From contig CP074575.1 of NCBI GenBank assembly GCA_018394315.1, positions 372,001-436,000 on the forward strand: a stretch of 64,000 nt of DNA. The letters run 5' to 3'. The notes below the pieces were generated by a model. The model did not search any database. It was given only the letters and a program-made list of their open reading frames with translations, and was not told the DNA's origin. Numbering within the stretch: the stretch's first letter is position 1; each line of letters starts with the position of its first letter. Made by a program: the position numbers and the translations under genes. Shown here piece after piece: positions 38,312-52,191 of the stretch. The DNA comes from Mycoplasmatota bacterium (GTDB lineage Bacteria > Bacillota_I > Bacilli_A > MAG-NZ).

Positions 38312-39699
38312 ACTTTATAAATTTTATCTATAATGTTGCCATCTCGATATTCAACGTATCCTATAACATCATTACTTTTCTTTAATCTTTTCTCTTTACC
38401 AACCAAATTACTTGCGATACTTCTAAGTTCTTCTATAGTCTTAATTTTAAGTTCTGAGTCCTCTAACTTATTTAATAAATCTCCCCTTAAAGGATTAATA
38501 GCTATACCATACTCAGTTACTAAAATATCGATATCCTTACCAGGTGTAGTTTTAGTTAACACTTCATCCACGATGATAGGTGTTCTTGCTTTTACAAGAT
38601 TTGTAACTACTATGGCTAATTTACTTCCTGCAGCTGTATCGCTGTGACCACCTGAGCCACCAATTATATATCCATCTGAAGCTGTAGTAACATTAACATT
38701 AAAATTGACATCAATTTCTGTAGCCCCTAAAATCATGATATCCAATTTATCAACTATAGGACTAGTAAGAGGATTTGCATACTCACTAGCACTCATTAAA
38801 TGGTGATTCTTATTTTTCTTTAATGATCTAACCGCATCTAAGTCAAAACATTGTACATCGTATAGTTCATCAAATAGACCCTCTTCAAGCATATCTACTA
38901 AATAACCCGTAATACCACCAGAGGCAAATGAACCTTTTATATTATTTTTAATCATTTTCTTTTTTAAGTATTTAGCAACTGCTAAACTTGTCCCACCAGC
39001 ACCTGTTTGAAATGATAGTCCATTCTTTAAATAACCTGTTTCTTCTATAACACTAACTGTATCTCTAGCTATTTTTAAACTAACAGGATTTCTCGTAATC
39101 GATGTTGTCCCTGACTGTATAAGAAATTGATCTCCAATTTCGTCAAGTACTAAGACATAATCTACATATTTTCCATCTATTTCAACATAAGATAATTCAT
39201 CAACAACAGTATCAGTAATTAAAACAACTTGTTTAGCTTTTTCAACATCAGAAATACTATAGCCTAGTGCTCCTAAAACAGTAGATCCATCAGTCCCATT
39301 TCCATTACCAGATTTGTCAACTGCACTAACAGCGATAAACGCTATATCAATAACTAGTTCGCCTTCTTCTATTGACCTAGGTCTTCCACCATGAGTTTGC
39401 ATAATGAGTTTATCTTTTAATTTACCTTCGCTAACAACTTTTGCTACTGGACCATTTAAGTAATTAGTATAAATAGAAGAAATTGTTCCCTTTTCAATTA
39501 AAGGAACAATTGGTTCATGAGCATTAAAAATTCCACTTGCTGCAAGTGTTAAATTCTTAATATTTAATTTATCTAATTCTAACATAGTCTTGTTTAATAC
39601 ATAATCGCCATTTCTTAAGTGATGATGGAATGAAACAGTTAAATCATCTTCTACATTTAATAGATTAAATAGTTCATTATATGAATTAATTCTTTTCAT
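38308..39699 (-). CDS. citF: Citrate/citramalate lyase alpha subunit (ACP transferase)
   Basis: SFHHHLRNGD, HGGRPR, FQTGAGG, GGSGGHSDTA. Confidence 0.93.
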   Translation of the reverse strand: MKRINSYNELFNLLNVEDDLTVSFHHHLRNGDYVLNKTMLELDKLNIKNLTLAASGIFNAHEPIVPLIEKGTISSIYTNYLNGPVAKVVSEGKLKDKLIMQTHGGRPRSIEEGELVIDIAFIAVSAVDKSGNGNGTDGSTVLGALGYSISDVEKAKQVVLITDTVVDELSYVEIDGKYVDYVLVLDEIGDQFLIQSGTTSITRNPVSLKIARDTVSVIEETGYLKNGLSFQTGAGGTSLAVAKYLKKKMIKNNIKGSFASGGITGYLVDMLEEGLFDELYDVQCFDLDAVRSLKKNKNHHLMSASEYANPLTSPIVDKLDIMILGATEIDVNFNVNVTTASDGYIIGGSGGHSDTAAGSKLAIVVTNLVKARTPIIVDEVLTKTTPGKDIDILVTEYGIAINPLRGDLLNKLEDSELKIKTIEELRSIASNLVGKEKRLKKSNDVIGYVEYRDGNIIDKIYKV

Positions 39700-40489
39700 A
39701 CGCTTTCGCTTTCTTTAAAATATTTTTTGCTCTAATAATAACTGGCAAGTCTACCATCTTTCCATCAACACTAAATACGCCACTATCGTTTATCTTAGCA
39801 GCCTCAACCACTTTAGTCGCAAATTCAATTTCTTCTAAAGTAGGTTTATATATTTCATTAATTATAGGTATTTGATTTGGGTGAATGCTACTTCTTGCAC
39901 TCATACCTATCATCTTAGAATACTTAACTGATTCTTCTAATGACTCGTCATTATCAGTATCTGTAAATGGAGTATCTATTGAGTCAATCCCTAAATAAGC
40001 ACAAACCATTACAAGTTTATGTCTAGCATACAAAAGCTCGATATCATCTAGAGTTCTAACTACATCAATATTAGTTGCAAGATCCTCTCCACCTAATAAC
40101 ATACCCGTTACATTATCAAATTCACCAATTTCTTTCATAGTTAACACCGCTTCAGGTGTTTCAATTATTGGTATTAGTGATTTGTTTGTATATTTCTCTA
40201 CTAAACTCATAACTTTAGTATTTGCTTTTGGAATCACATATCCAGAGATATCAAAGTTATTAAATTCTTCAATTTCATTTTTACCTAAATCATAAATGTC
40301 ATTAACTCTAATATAAACATTATCAAAAGCAGCAGTTTCTAAGTAAGCTTTTAATAGATCTTTCGCACTATCCTTGTCTTGAACGCTAACTGCATCTTCT
40401 AAGTCAAAAATAACTCCTTTTGCATCAAAAACATGGGCACTTTGAACCATTCCAGGATTGTTTCCTGGGACAAATAAATAACTACTCAT
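39686..40489 (-). CDS. citE: Citrate/citramalate lyase beta subunit (acyl-ACP lyase)
   Basis: LFVPGNNP, FDLEDAV, IHPNQI, GKMVDLPV. Confidence 0.92.
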   Translation of the reverse strand: MSSYLFVPGNNPGMVQSAHVFDAKGVIFDLEDAVSVQDKDSAKDLLKAYLETAAFDNVYIRVNDIYDLGKNEIEEFNNFDISGYVIPKANTKVMSLVEKYTNKSLIPIIETPEAVLTMKEIGEFDNVTGMLLGGEDLATNIDVVRTLDDIELLYARHKLVMVCAYLGIDSIDTPFTDTDNDESLEESVKYSKMIGMSARSSIHPNQIPIINEIYKPTLEEIEFATKVVEAAKINDSGVFSVDGKMVDLPVIIRAKNILKKAKAYEKN

Positions 40490-40733
40490 TTTGGGCCCTC
40501 CTTAGTGCGGTAATCAGTCTAGCTTTGATTGTATAATCATAAGCACCTTTATCTTTAACAACTACTTTACAAGTAATTTGATGTTCTTTTAACGTATCAA
40601 CAATAACTTGATTTATTGCATCTCCAAACTTATCAAATACAATACTATCAATCTCGACTATTAACTTATCACTAGGAGATACAATAACTAAAGCATCATT
40701 ACTTTCAATAGTTCCTGCTTGTGCTATTTTCAT
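40482..40733 (-). CDS. citD: Citrate/citramalate lyase acyl carrier protein
   Basis: AGTIESND with prosthetic-group Ser; DKGAYD. Confidence 0.92.
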   Translation of the reverse strand: MKIAQAGTIESNDALVIVSPSDKLIVEIDSIVFDKFGDAINQVIVDTLKEHQITCKVVVKDKGAYDYTIKARLITALRRAQNE

Positions 40734-40739
40734 AATATC

Positions 40740-41969
40740 CTACTTTCTTGTTAATGCCATCACTCGATTCATTTCGTTATTAACAATCATAATTCCTTCA
40801 TCAGTACCCATACCAGGTTTAGCTAGTACTTGGCAAGCACCCGCTGCCATAGCTATATTAGTAGTAATTTCACTTGAAATATTGGTTTCATTACAAGTAC
40901 CACCAGAGTAAGCTAACACCCCGTACTTTTGACAGATTAAGATAGCATTAACTATATTGTTTACTCCACCTAAATCTGGTGTTTTTATTTGCAACATATG
41001 TCCAGCCTTCGCTTTTGCAAACAAAGTAATATCTTCTAAATTATTACACCACTCATCAGCTACTATTTCTACCTTAATATTTCTTTCATCAAGTAGAGCC
41101 GTTAACTCACTTAGTGCTTTAATCTGTAACTCTCTGTCTCCTAAATCACACGGACCTTCAATTCTTAGAGAAAATGGATGTGCACTTTCTTCCAAGACTT
41201 TTAAATAATCTGCCATTTTATCTATATTATTTTCATAGATCTCTCCAATAGTACCATATACATCTAAATGCATTACTGGATAATAATCTTCGCTTAACTC
41301 TAAGATTCTATCTCTCATCCATTCAATATAACTCTTTAATAACTCACCATCTCTACCTAACTTTGTTTCAATATTATTAATTAAACCATGTGGTAATACA
41401 TCGACTCTTTTTAAAATCATTTTGTCAACATTTTCATACCTATTATCTCCTGATTGAGCAAATAGGCTTGGCTTAACAATTTCAGTTTTAATGTCATATT
41501 CATCTTTTATAACTTCAGCAACCGTAATTCTTTTAACTTTAGCTACTGCAGATAATATACTTTGAGTTATACCATATCTTAAAGCAGTATGTAGTCTTTT
41601 GCCGTTTAAAACTAGATTATCAAAATATTCGGCATTACTTCTAAAGTCATTTAACTCTCGACCTACTAATAATGGTTCTAAATCTTCTTCAATAACTTTA
41701 ATGAACTCATCAGCAATAAATAACGGATCTCGTCCACCACATCCTGAATATTGAACTGCAGCACAATCACCAATTCCCATAGTTCCGTCTTCCATAATCA
41801 ACATAACAGAAATTGACTCACCAGCTTGTCTTACACCCTTAAAATTAGGAGTAATTGGATCACCTTTATAAGTGAACCCATCTCCTAAAGCACCCGCTTT
41901 AATAGCACGTTGATCATCAAAATAAAATCCTGTAAGTCCTTTTGAAACTACAACTTTAGTTATTTTCAT
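40740..41969 (-). CDS. mal: Methylaspartate ammonia-lyase
   Basis: [42 protein letters not shown]. Confidence 0.96.
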   Translation of the reverse strand: MKITKVVVSKGLTGFYFDDQRAIKAGALGDGFTYKGDPITPNFKGVRQAGESISVMLIMEDGTMGIGDCAAVQYSGCGGRDPLFIADEFIKVIEEDLEPLLVGRELNDFRSNAEYFDNLVLNGKRLHTALRYGITQSILSAVAKVKRITVAEVIKDEYDIKTEIVKPSLFAQSGDNRYENVDKMILKRVDVLPHGLINNIETKLGRDGELLKSYIEWMRDRILELSEDYYPVMHLDVYGTIGEIYENNIDKMADYLKVLEESAHPFSLRIEGPCDLGDRELQIKALSELTALLDERNIKVEIVADEWCNNLEDITLFAKAKAGHMLQIKTPDLGGVNNIVNAILICQKYGVLAYSGGTCNETNISSEITTNIAMAAGACQVLAKPGMGTDEGIMIVNNEMNRVMALTRK

Positions 41970-43434
41970 TTTTCCACCATTCGTTTTCTAGATCTATTAT
42001 ATTCTTTTTATCACTAATCGAGTATACATCATCAATTGTCATATTGAAGTCTACTTCTCTATTTTCTTTTTCTGCACGTTTTTTTAGCATATTGTAGTGG
42101 AAATCTTTTACCTCTTGAGTAAATGGAATATTTCCAAACTCCAAAATTCTTACAGCACCACTTTTATCTCTTGCTGTTAAAATTTTACCAGCATTAAATT
42201 GACTTGGAGCAAATGGGATATCAATAATTCCTGCTTTGAATGCTTCAACAGTACCAACTGCTAAATCTCCATGCCCAACTTCAAGTACTTTATCTAAGAT
42301 TTGATCAACCTCAGTTTTAATTTGTTCAATCTCTTTTCTTATCTTTATACCCGTAGCATATTTTTGCCCACGGAGTAACATAACAACCTCTTTTGATGCC
42401 TTCAAACCTTTTGCATTTGCTTGCATCGTTGGAATTCCAATTGATTCATGTGTTGTTTTTGTAATCATTTTAGTAGCACCAGCTAAAGCAGCTGTAGTTG
42501 CTCCCATACTAATTAATCCAAATGCTTCTGTTTCATCCTTTGGGAATCCTCCCATCCATTGATGGAATACAGTAGATACATAAACATCTTCATACCCATA
42601 AGCATTTAAGTAATATTCTGCTTGTTCTCTTAACGCTCTAATAGCCGCAACATCTTGAACAATATTCCCTAGTTGACCATAACCCACTGTTATATTTTTA
42701 ACACCTTGTTCAGCAGCAAGTAATGTTTCAATAATCGCAACAGTGTTTGATATACATGGTGGAACCAATGTCCCAGTTAAAGGCCCAAAAGGTTCTCTAT
42801 TTAATGAAATTCCGCGCTCTTCATAATAACCAACTAATCTATCACAGTATTGCCAGTTCTTAATAGTCGTTTCTAGTGGGACATTTTTTGCATAAGGAAT
42901 ATTATAAGATATTCCTCCTCCTTCATTTGATGTCCAACCAGCAGCATGAATAATTTCTGTTAAAAGTCTTGCATCAGGAGTACCATGTCTAGCCTGAAGA
43001 GGAACATTAATAGATTCAGCTACTCTTCTACAACTATTAACCCCGTGATTAACAACCGGAAACCCATTAAGCATAGATTTCCCAGTTCTAATACTTTCCC
43101 TAATTCCTATTTCAGCTTCTTCATATCTATTTTGTCTAGTATAAGAATCTACTGTAGTAGGTAAAAAGTCAGCTCTTCCAATTTTCTCTAAGTACTTTAA
43201 AAGTTTAATATGTTGATCTACTAATGCAACTCCTGCTCGAGGTTGAATTAACACTCGGTCTAAATCTTTCGCTTTATAAAGTTTTTTTGCGAAGTTTTTA
43301 TGGTCTGGTAACTTCTTAAGATATTCGATTGCTTCATCAATATCAATGTCCTTACCTGTAGTCCAACTAGATAAAACTTCTTCCCTCATTTTTAGAAATT
43401 CTTCTTCGCTAATGCGTTTATTCTTTAGTTCCAT
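41956..43434 (-). CDS. glmE: Glutamate mutase E subunit
   Basis: [44 protein letters not shown]. Confidence 0.97.
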   Translation of the reverse strand: MELKNKRISEEEFLKMREEVLSSWTTGKDIDIDEAIEYLKKLPDHKNFAKKLYKAKDLDRVLIQPRAGVALVDQHIKLLKYLEKIGRADFLPTTVDSYTRQNRYEEAEIGIRESIRTGKSMLNGFPVVNHGVNSCRRVAESINVPLQARHGTPDARLLTEIIHAAGWTSNEGGGISYNIPYAKNVPLETTIKNWQYCDRLVGYYEERGISLNREPFGPLTGTLVPPCISNTVAIIETLLAAEQGVKNITVGYGQLGNIVQDVAAIRALREQAEYYLNAYGYEDVYVSTVFHQWMGGFPKDETEAFGLISMGATTAALAGATKMITKTTHESIGIPTMQANAKGLKASKEVVMLLRGQKYATGIKIRKEIEQIKTEVDQILDKVLEVGHGDLAVGTVEAFKAGIIDIPFAPSQFNAGKILTARDKSGAVRILEFGNIPFTQEVKDFHYNMLKKRAEKENREVDFNMTIDDVYSISDKKNIIDLENEWWKNENN

Positions 43435-44794
43435 CTTTATTCTCCTGTAACAAGTATTTTTTCATCATTCTTAAAGCTACATCTGGATATCTAACACTTA
43501 GTAAACTTAAAGAAGATAATATATACATCTTATCAATTATTATTTCACAATCTGTAGGCCTTAACTCAGTCATCTTTTTCTGGTTAAATAATGTCTTCTC
43601 AACAATATTGTCATTATTAACAACAACTCCACCAGTGCCTATAATATATTTCAAATTAGATAAATCTTTTCCAGTTTGCAAATACATCATACCCATTGGA
43701 GAATATATAGTTTCTACACTACCAACATGTCTAGACATTGCTTCATCAACACAAATTGACGCCATCGCAATGTCGAACATAACATCATTATGCTCTTTTG
43801 CAATAAATTCAGTATTTCTTCTTCTGAATTCAATTTTATCCTTAACATCGCTTAATCCATACTCTTTAAACGCTAACTCTCCAACAGTTTCATATAAAGC
43901 ATTAGCACTGTATCTCATTCCTAAATCACCTTCAACAGTTCTTTTAGCAATTGGTTCTTCTAATCCTTGAAAGACAACACCTGCTTTTGAAGGTAATCCT
44001 TGTGCAATTGAATGAATATCGGTAGTTGCTCCCCCGACATCTACACAAAGTAAATCCCCGATTCCAATCTCATTCTTTGTGCCCTGTCCCAACACTTCTA
44101 AACCATGCAATACTGCTGCAGGAGTTGGCATAATAACATTATCAACTAGTTCCTCAGCCTGTTTTATCCCCTTAGCCAAAGTAATCTTCTCGATGAATAT
44201 TTCTCTAATTACTTCTTTAGCAGATTCAACATTAAGTTTATTTATTTCAGGCATTACATTTTCAGCTTTTCGGTAATAGATATTATTTATCTTAAAAATA
44301 CTTTCTATCTCAGCATAGGCCTTTTTATTTCCTGCTAATACGATTGGAATGTCTATCAGAGCTTCTGCTAACATCTTAGCATTATGGATTATTGATTCGG
44401 AGTTTCCTCCATCTGTTCCACCTGCAAGTAGAATTATATCCGCGTCGCTATTCTTTATTTCATCTATTTCATCATATGTAATAAAATTAGAATAGACATA
44501 TTCAACTTTTGCTCCTGCACCTAATGCAGCTCTCTTCGCTGCCTCAACAGTGAGTTTTTTTACTAGTCCAATTGCTGTTACGACTAATCCACCAGCAGCA
44601 CTGCTACATGCTAGTCTTTCTTCTATTTCCCCCGGAATGTTTAAAGAATTATATGCTCTTACATATCCATCCAGGATATTTGTTGAAACTGTTGTAGTAC
44701 TTTGTGCCGTTGAGATTACTTCTTCAGTTACCAAGTCAATTAATGTTAGCTTAGTGTATGTAGAACCAAAATCAGTCAACAAGACTAGTTTCAT
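43418..44794 (-). CDS. glmL: Glutamate mutase reactivating factor
   Basis: [41 protein letters not shown]. Confidence 0.95.
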   Translation of the reverse strand: MKLVLLTDFGSTYTKLTLIDLVTEEVISTAQSTTTVSTNILDGYVRAYNSLNIPGEIEERLACSSAAGGLVVTAIGLVKKLTVEAAKRAALGAGAKVEYVYSNFITYDEIDEIKNSDADIILLAGGTDGGNSESIIHNAKMLAEALIDIPIVLAGNKKAYAEIESIFKINNIYYRKAENVMPEINKLNVESAKEVIREIFIEKITLAKGIKQAEELVDNVIMPTPAAVLHGLEVLGQGTKNEIGIGDLLCVDVGGATTDIHSIAQGLPSKAGVVFQGLEEPIAKRTVEGDLGMRYSANALYETVGELAFKEYGLSDVKDKIEFRRRNTEFIAKEHNDVMFDIAMASICVDEAMSRHVGSVETIYSPMGMMYLQTGKDLSNLKYIIGTGGVVVNNDNIVEKTLFNQKKMTELRPTDCEIIIDKMYILSSLSLLSVRYPDVALRMMKKYLLQENKDGTKE

Positions 44795-45192
44795 TTTAAA
44801 TCTTTTTTCAAAGCGCTAATTGCATCATCTGGTGATGTCCCAGGAGGATACACTCTATCAAATCCCATTTCCAAGAATCGCTTTTTGACTTCTTTCCATT
44901 TCTGTTTTCCAATTACAATATTTCCGCCTACATACAAAAGGACATCTCCCAAACCAGCTTCCACGCATTTATCTTTAAACCCGCGACAGTCTAATTCTCC
45001 ATGTCCGTAAAGTGACGATACTAAAATAGCATCTGCATTTGTCTCAATCGCTGCATTGATAAAATCCTCTTGCTGCGATAAAACGCCGATGTTTATTACT
45101 TTGAAACCAGCATTTGTTAAACAGTAATCTAATATCTTATTCCCAACTGCGTGCACGTCCGCACCGATAACACCAATAATGACCGTTTTCAC
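44791..45192 (-). CDS. glmS: Glutamate mutase S subunit (B12-binding)
   Basis: DVHAVG cobalamin motif, SSLYGHG, YVGGN. Confidence 0.96.
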   Translation of the reverse strand: MKTVIIGVIGADVHAVGNKILDYCLTNAGFKVINIGVLSQQEDFINAAIETNADAILVSSLYGHGELDCRGFKDKCVEAGLGDVLLYVGGNIVIGKQKWKEVKKRFLEMGFDRVYPPGTSPDDAISALKKDLK

Positions 45193-45248
45193 AACTATAC
45201 CCCTCTTTTTTTAATGATTCAACCTATATATACTATTTATACAAAAAT

Positions 45249-45277
45249 ATTATAACTATGAAACATACCTAAGTCAA
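45249..45277 (-). promoter_or_regulatory. Sigma-A promoter of the glm-mal-cit operon
   Basis: TTGACT-N17-TATAAT on the minus strand. Confidence 0.7.
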
Positions 45278-45326
45278 CGAAATAATCAATATAAAAGATA
45301 GAAAAATCTTCCGCATCATAAATTGG

Positions 45327-47339
<2,013 letters not shown>

Positions 47340-47456
47340 TTACATTATATCATAGATGTGACATAATTCCTCACCATCTGTGTTAATAAAAGACATCTAA
47401 TATGAATATAAGATTCAAAAATAAAAGGGCGTTAAACCCCTTTATTATAAACACAA

Positions 47457-47918
47457 TTATCGTAGCTGTGTTTTCCTTTTATAATTGTTACTTAGCATAT
47501 CATTATAACGCATAATGAATTGTCTATATGCAGCAAATTCATCATAGTTTAAATAAGATCTAGGATTGTACCCTATCATGGATTTTTCTAAGTCATTAAT
47601 AACATAATCTCTATACTCTCTATTGTTTATGTCAACTTTCAAACCACTATTTGACCTAATTATAAAATCTTCTATATCGCCTTTTACGTTTCTAAAATTA
47701 TCATCGTAGTAGTCTCGTGCTTGGTTTAAATTCATGTTTTCCATTTCATCATAATATCTTGTTCCAAAGTCACTGTAACCACGATCGTTAAATCTTTGAT
47801 TATATCTAGTTTCTACGTTATTTCTTGTACCAAGTCGTTCAGCATTCATATCTCTGTTTCGTTCATTTGTACAACCAACTAGTAGCAATAAAGAAGCTAT
47901 TAACAAAGCCTTTTTCAA
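47457..47918 (-). CDS. Lipoprotein, possibly spore-associated YhcN/YlaJ-like (start moved to TTG 47918)
   Basis: GGAGG site, lipobox LVGC, Asn/Arg-rich N-terminus; family call weak. Confidence 0.5.
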   Translation of the reverse strand: MKKALLIASLLLLVGCTNERNRDMNAERLGTRNNVETRYNQRFNDRGYSDFGTRYYDEMENMNLNQARDYYDDNFRNVKGDIEDFIIRSNSGLKVDINNREYRDYVINDLEKSMIGYNPRSYLNYDEFAAYRQFIMRYNDMLSNNYKRKTQLR

Positions 47919-47975
47919 AAAAATCACCTCCATTATTATTTTTAACAAAATGAAGGTTTCGACACATTCCAATAT

Positions 47976-50075
47976 TTAAATTTTAATGATTGAAGGATGT
48001 CCTGAAACTAATTTTTTTATCCCATGTGGAGCTTTAAAAGCAATTGAGACAGTCTCGTTATCCAATTGAACTATCACTCCAGCACCAAAGCTACTATGCT
48101 CTACTTTATCACCAACAGAATATAATTCATTTGCACTTTGAGTAGTAATTCTATCTATTTTAAAAATAGGTTCAGTTTGTCTTGATCTATTTCCTTTAAA
48201 ATCAATTAGATCTTCATTTATTTCATCGATAAATCTTGATTGCTCATTCATCACAGATTGACCATAAAGAGTTCTTGCACTAGCATTTGTTAAAAACACT
48301 TTTTTTCTAGCTCTTGTTATTGCTACATAAGCAAGTCTTCTTTCTTCTTCTAAATCTTCTAAACTCTCAGAACTTCTAGAACTAGGGAAAAGTCCTTCTT
48401 CCATACCATATATAAATACATAATCAAACTCTAAACCTTTTGCATTATGCATAGTCATTAACTTTACACTTTCTTCTGCTTTACTTTCTGTGTCTGTATG
48501 TAATGATATATCCGCTAATATTATTTCTAATTTTTGTCTACTCGTATATTCAGGTAAATTCCAACTCTTAAACACTGACTTAAATTCAATAACGTTTTCT
48601 AAACGAAATAAACCTTCATCCCCAAGAGATTCCAAGTATTTTTTATAACCGCTTTTTTCAACTAAAATATCGAAAAAATCATCTAAAATTATTTCTTCTA
48701 ACATATTGCTTAACTCATTTATAGTTTCTGCAAATATTGATAATTTAGCAGCCAAATTTTTTGAAAAAAATTCATCTGCTCTTTCAGAAACTTCAAACAT
48801 ACTAATCGAATTATCATTAGAAATAGCAAGAATTTTTGCTAACGTCGATGGACCAACTCCTCTTTTTGGAGAATTTATAATTCTTTGAAAATGCCAATCA
48901 TTACTTTTATCTACAACTAAGTTTAAATAAGAAATAATATCTTTTATTTCTTTTCGTTTAAAGTAACCAACTCCACCATAAACAATATAGGGAACATTTA
49001 GAACTCTCATACCTTCTTCAATAGTACGAGACATAAAATTACTACGGTATAAAACAGCAAAGTCTTCTGGTTTCTTTCCCTTTAAGCAAAGAGACTTAAT
49101 TTCATTTGCGATATATAGAGCCTCGTCTCCACCTGTTATAGCTCTAAAATATGTTATCTTTTCCCCAGACTCGTTATCAGTCCATAACTTCTTTTTATGT
49201 TTTGTAGAATTGTTTTTAATAATACTATTAGCAGCAGCAAGTATATTGTGAGTTGATCTATAATTTTGTTCTAGTAATATAACTTTAGTGTTTTTGTATT
49301 GTTTTTCAAAATTTGTTAAGTTTTTAAAATTTGCGCCCCTAAATTTATAGATACTTTGATCCTCATCTCCTACTAAAAAAATATTCTTATGTTTTGCCCC
49401 AAACATAACAATCAGTTTATTTTGAATGTCATTTGTATCTTGATACTCATCAACTAATATATACTGAAACTGATCTTGGTAAATTTTTAATACTTCTGGA
49501 TTGTTTGAAAATAACTCAACTGTCTTAATTAATAAATCGTCAAAATCGAGCAAATTGCTTTTTTTACAATATTCGTTATACCTTAAATAAATATAGTCAA
49601 TTGCTTCTTGAATATTAAATGGTAAATCATTATTAAACTTTCCACTTTTAATCTTGTCGATAAACCTAATAATTTCTTTAGGTCTAAATGTAATATCAAT
49701 ATTATTATCCTTTATGATCTTTTTAACAATTTGAGTTCTATCATCGTCATCGATTATACTAAATCCAATATCGTATCCCAGTAAATGAATATGTCTACGC
49801 AAAATTTTTACACACATCGAATGGAACGTTGAAATCCACATATCATAATTTCCAACTAAGTCTTCAACACGCTCTTTCATTTCTTTTGCCGCTTTATTTG
49901 TAAAAGTAATAGCCAAAATATTATCATAAGGAATTCCCTGTGATAATAAATAAGCAATTCTATGAGTTAGCACTCTCGTCTTTCCACTTCCTGCCCCAGC
50001 TATAACTATAACTGGTCCATCAATTGCGACAGTAGCTTCTCTTTGTTTTTCATTTAATCCCGTTAATAAATCCAT
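47976..50075 (-). CDS. pcrA: ATP-dependent DNA helicase PcrA/UvrD
   Basis: AGAGSGKT, VDEYQDTN, GDEDQSIY, EERRLAYVAITRA. Confidence 0.96.
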   Translation of the reverse strand: MDLLTGLNEKQREATVAIDGPVIVIAGAGSGKTRVLTHRIAYLLSQGIPYDNILAITFTNKAAKEMKERVEDLVGNYDMWISTFHSMCVKILRRHIHLLGYDIGFSIIDDDDRTQIVKKIIKDNNIDITFRPKEIIRFIDKIKSGKFNNDLPFNIQEAIDYIYLRYNEYCKKSNLLDFDDLLIKTVELFSNNPEVLKIYQDQFQYILVDEYQDTNDIQNKLIVMFGAKHKNIFLVGDEDQSIYKFRGANFKNLTNFEKQYKNTKVILLEQNYRSTHNILAAANSIIKNNSTKHKKKLWTDNESGEKITYFRAITGGDEALYIANEIKSLCLKGKKPEDFAVLYRSNFMSRTIEEGMRVLNVPYIVYGGVGYFKRKEIKDIISYLNLVVDKSNDWHFQRIINSPKRGVGPSTLAKILAISNDNSISMFEVSERADEFFSKNLAAKLSIFAETINELSNMLEEIILDDFFDILVEKSGYKKYLESLGDEGLFRLENVIEFKSVFKSWNLPEYTSRQKLEIILADISLHTDTESKAEESVKLMTMHNAKGLEFDYVFIYGMEEGLFPSSRSSESLEDLEEERRLAYVAITRARKKVFLTNASARTLYGQSVMNEQSRFIDEINEDLIDFKGNRSRQTEPIFKIDRITTQSANELYSVGDKVEHSSFGAGVIVQLDNETVSIAFKAPHGIKKLVSGHPSIIKI

Positions 50076-50144
50076 CTACTCACTCCTAAGCCTTTTAATT
50101 ATATAATCTTTATAAGTAAAAGAAAAGATTCTTTTAAAGAATCT

Positions 50145-51776
50145 CTATCTCTTAAACGTCGACTTCAACGGAACGATTCTATTGAAAACGTACTTTCCTT
50201 CTTCTAAATTTGTGTCTGGATCTACACTAAAAAATCCATTTCTAATAAACTGAAACTTATCAAAATGTTTGATCTCACTTAAAGAAGATTCAACTAATCC
50301 ATTTACAATTTTTAATGAATCAGGGTTAATTCTTTCAGCAAAGTCTCCATCACCATCTAATATTAAAGCATCATATAGTCTAAACTCAGCTGGGATAGCA
50401 CTTGAATCAACCCAGTGAATAGTACCATTTGGTTTTCTTTTGTCAAATCCGCTTCCTGACTTTGTTTCTTTATCATATGTACATCTTAACTCAAGGATAT
50501 TACCATCATTGTCTTTTATAACCTCTTCACATTTAATGAAGTAAGCATGACGTAATCTAACTTCTAATCCAATTGATAGTCTTTTCCACTTTTTATTTGG
50601 TTTTTCTTCTAAGAAGTCTTCTCGTTCAATATAAATTTCTCTACTAAAAGGAATTTCTCTTGAACCAAACTCTTCAGCTTCTTGATTCCACTCACCACTA
50701 ACATATTCAGTTTTCCCTTCAGGATAATTTGTTATCACAACTTTTAATGGATTAATAACCGCCATTGGTCTTGGAGCCTTCAGTTTTAAATCTTGACGAA
50801 GATATTGTTCAAACATTGCATAATCAGTCACTCCACCCTTTTTAGAAAGCCCTAAGTCAAGCACAAAGTTTGTAATTGCTTCAGGTGTAAATCCTCTTCT
50901 TCTAAGACCAACTATCGTTGGCATTCTTGGATCATCCCATCCAAGCACTTTAGATTCTTCTACTAACCTTCTTAAAAGTCTTTTGCTCATAACTGTATTT
51001 GTTAAGTTGAATCTACCATACTCGATTTGTCTAGGTACGTTTTCCATCTCACATTCAGCTACTACCCAATCATATAAAGGTCTATGATTTTCAAATTCTA
51101 AAGAGCATACAGAGTGAGTAATTCCTTCGATTGCATCCTCTATCGAATGAGCATAATCATACATAGGATAAATACACCATTTATCTCCAGTTCTATGATG
51201 GTGAGCATACAAAATTCTATAGAGTAATGGATCCCTTAGATTCATATTTGGGCTTGCCATATCGATTTTAGCTCTTAAAACTTTTTCTCCTTCTTTTAAT
51301 TCTCCATTCTTCATTCGTTCAAATAAATCAAGATTTTCCTCAACAGATCTATTTCTATATGGAGAATTTTTACCCGGAGTTGTAATATCTCCACGATATT
51401 CTCTTATTTCATCTATACTTAAATCACACACATAAGCTTTACCTTTTTTAATTAGAAGGATAGCTCTATTATACATTTCTTCAAAATAGTCACTTGCAAA
51501 TAATAGATTCTTCCACTTTAGACCTAACCACTTAAAATCTTCAATAATTCCTTCCACGTACTCAGTGTCTTCTGCAACAGGATTTGTGTCGTCAAATCTA
51601 AGATTAGTATAACCACCAAAATCTTTAGCTAAATAATACTGATTGATAAAACCCATTGCATGTCCAATATGAATATATCCGTTCGGTTCTGGTGGATATC
51701 TAGTAATAATAGTATCGTGTTTGCCGTTTTCTAAATCATTCTTAATAATAGTTTTTATAAAATTTGATCTTTCCAT
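50145..51776 (-). CDS. glnS: Glutaminyl-tRNA synthetase
   Basis: [27 protein letters not shown] and GlnRS-type beta-barrel C-terminus. Confidence 0.93.
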   Translation of the reverse strand: MERSNFIKTIIKNDLENGKHDTIITRYPPEPNGYIHIGHAMGFINQYYLAKDFGGYTNLRFDDTNPVAEDTEYVEGIIEDFKWLGLKWKNLLFASDYFEEMYNRAILLIKKGKAYVCDLSIDEIREYRGDITTPGKNSPYRNRSVEENLDLFERMKNGELKEGEKVLRAKIDMASPNMNLRDPLLYRILYAHHHRTGDKWCIYPMYDYAHSIEDAIEGITHSVCSLEFENHRPLYDWVVAECEMENVPRQIEYGRFNLTNTVMSKRLLRRLVEESKVLGWDDPRMPTIVGLRRRGFTPEAITNFVLDLGLSKKGGVTDYAMFEQYLRQDLKLKAPRPMAVINPLKVVITNYPEGKTEYVSGEWNQEAEEFGSREIPFSREIYIEREDFLEEKPNKKWKRLSIGLEVRLRHAYFIKCEEVIKDNDGNILELRCTYDKETKSGSGFDKRKPNGTIHWVDSSAIPAEFRLYDALILDGDGDFAERINPDSLKIVNGLVESSLSEIKHFDKFQFIRNGFFSVDPDTNLEEGKYVFNRIVPLKSTFKR

Positions 51777-51903
51777 ATTTAACCTCCAATAGTATCAATA
51801 AATCATTTTAACAAATATATCTTAGAAAGTCATTAATCTAATTAGAGAAATCCTATAATATTTTATTATTAGGTATTTATATATTTATTAATACATAATA
51901 AAC

Positions 51904-51930
51904 AAAAAAAAGGACTACTAGGTCCTCTTT
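51904..51930 (-). terminator. Intrinsic terminator
   Basis: Minus strand agaggac-ctagta-gtcct followed by a long T run. Confidence 0.75.
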
Positions 51931-51957
51931 CTGTTCGTTCCAGTGTCTGTTAATTTC

Positions 51958-52092
51958 TTGTCATCATCGAATATAAGTAACTTTGGATAAGCTGTACCCG
52001 GTCCTCAATTACACCAGCATTCTCCGCAATATAAAACCACCCGTAATCTCAAAATCATGATATTTCAAAACATACTTATCTACAGTGGACAA
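51958..52092 (-). ncRNA. Putative structured ncRNA, long hairpin with central bubble (6S-like)
   Basis: Nested helices ttgtc/gacaa, ataagta/tacttat, ttttg/caaag, attac/gtaat in a GC-elevated intergenic region with its own terminator. Confidence 0.45.
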
Positions 52093-52118
52093 ATTTCTTT
52101 CTATGTAAGTTAAAACAC

Positions 52119-52148
52119 AAAAGCTCAGGTCAACACATCCGAGCTTTT
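52119..52148. terminator. Terminator of the 52192 gene
   Basis: aaaagctc...gagctttt. Confidence 0.65.
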
Positions 52149-52191
52149 AATATGTTATTTATTTATTTTAACTATTTTGTCTATCTTAATG

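Noticed and set aside
45193..45326. Cobalamin riboswitch before glmS
   Set aside because: Leader is only about 50 nt after the predicted promoter and lacks the B12 box.
51780..52110. T-box leader for glnS
   Set aside because: No UGGNACC antiterminator bulge before the terminator and no recognisable stem I motifs.
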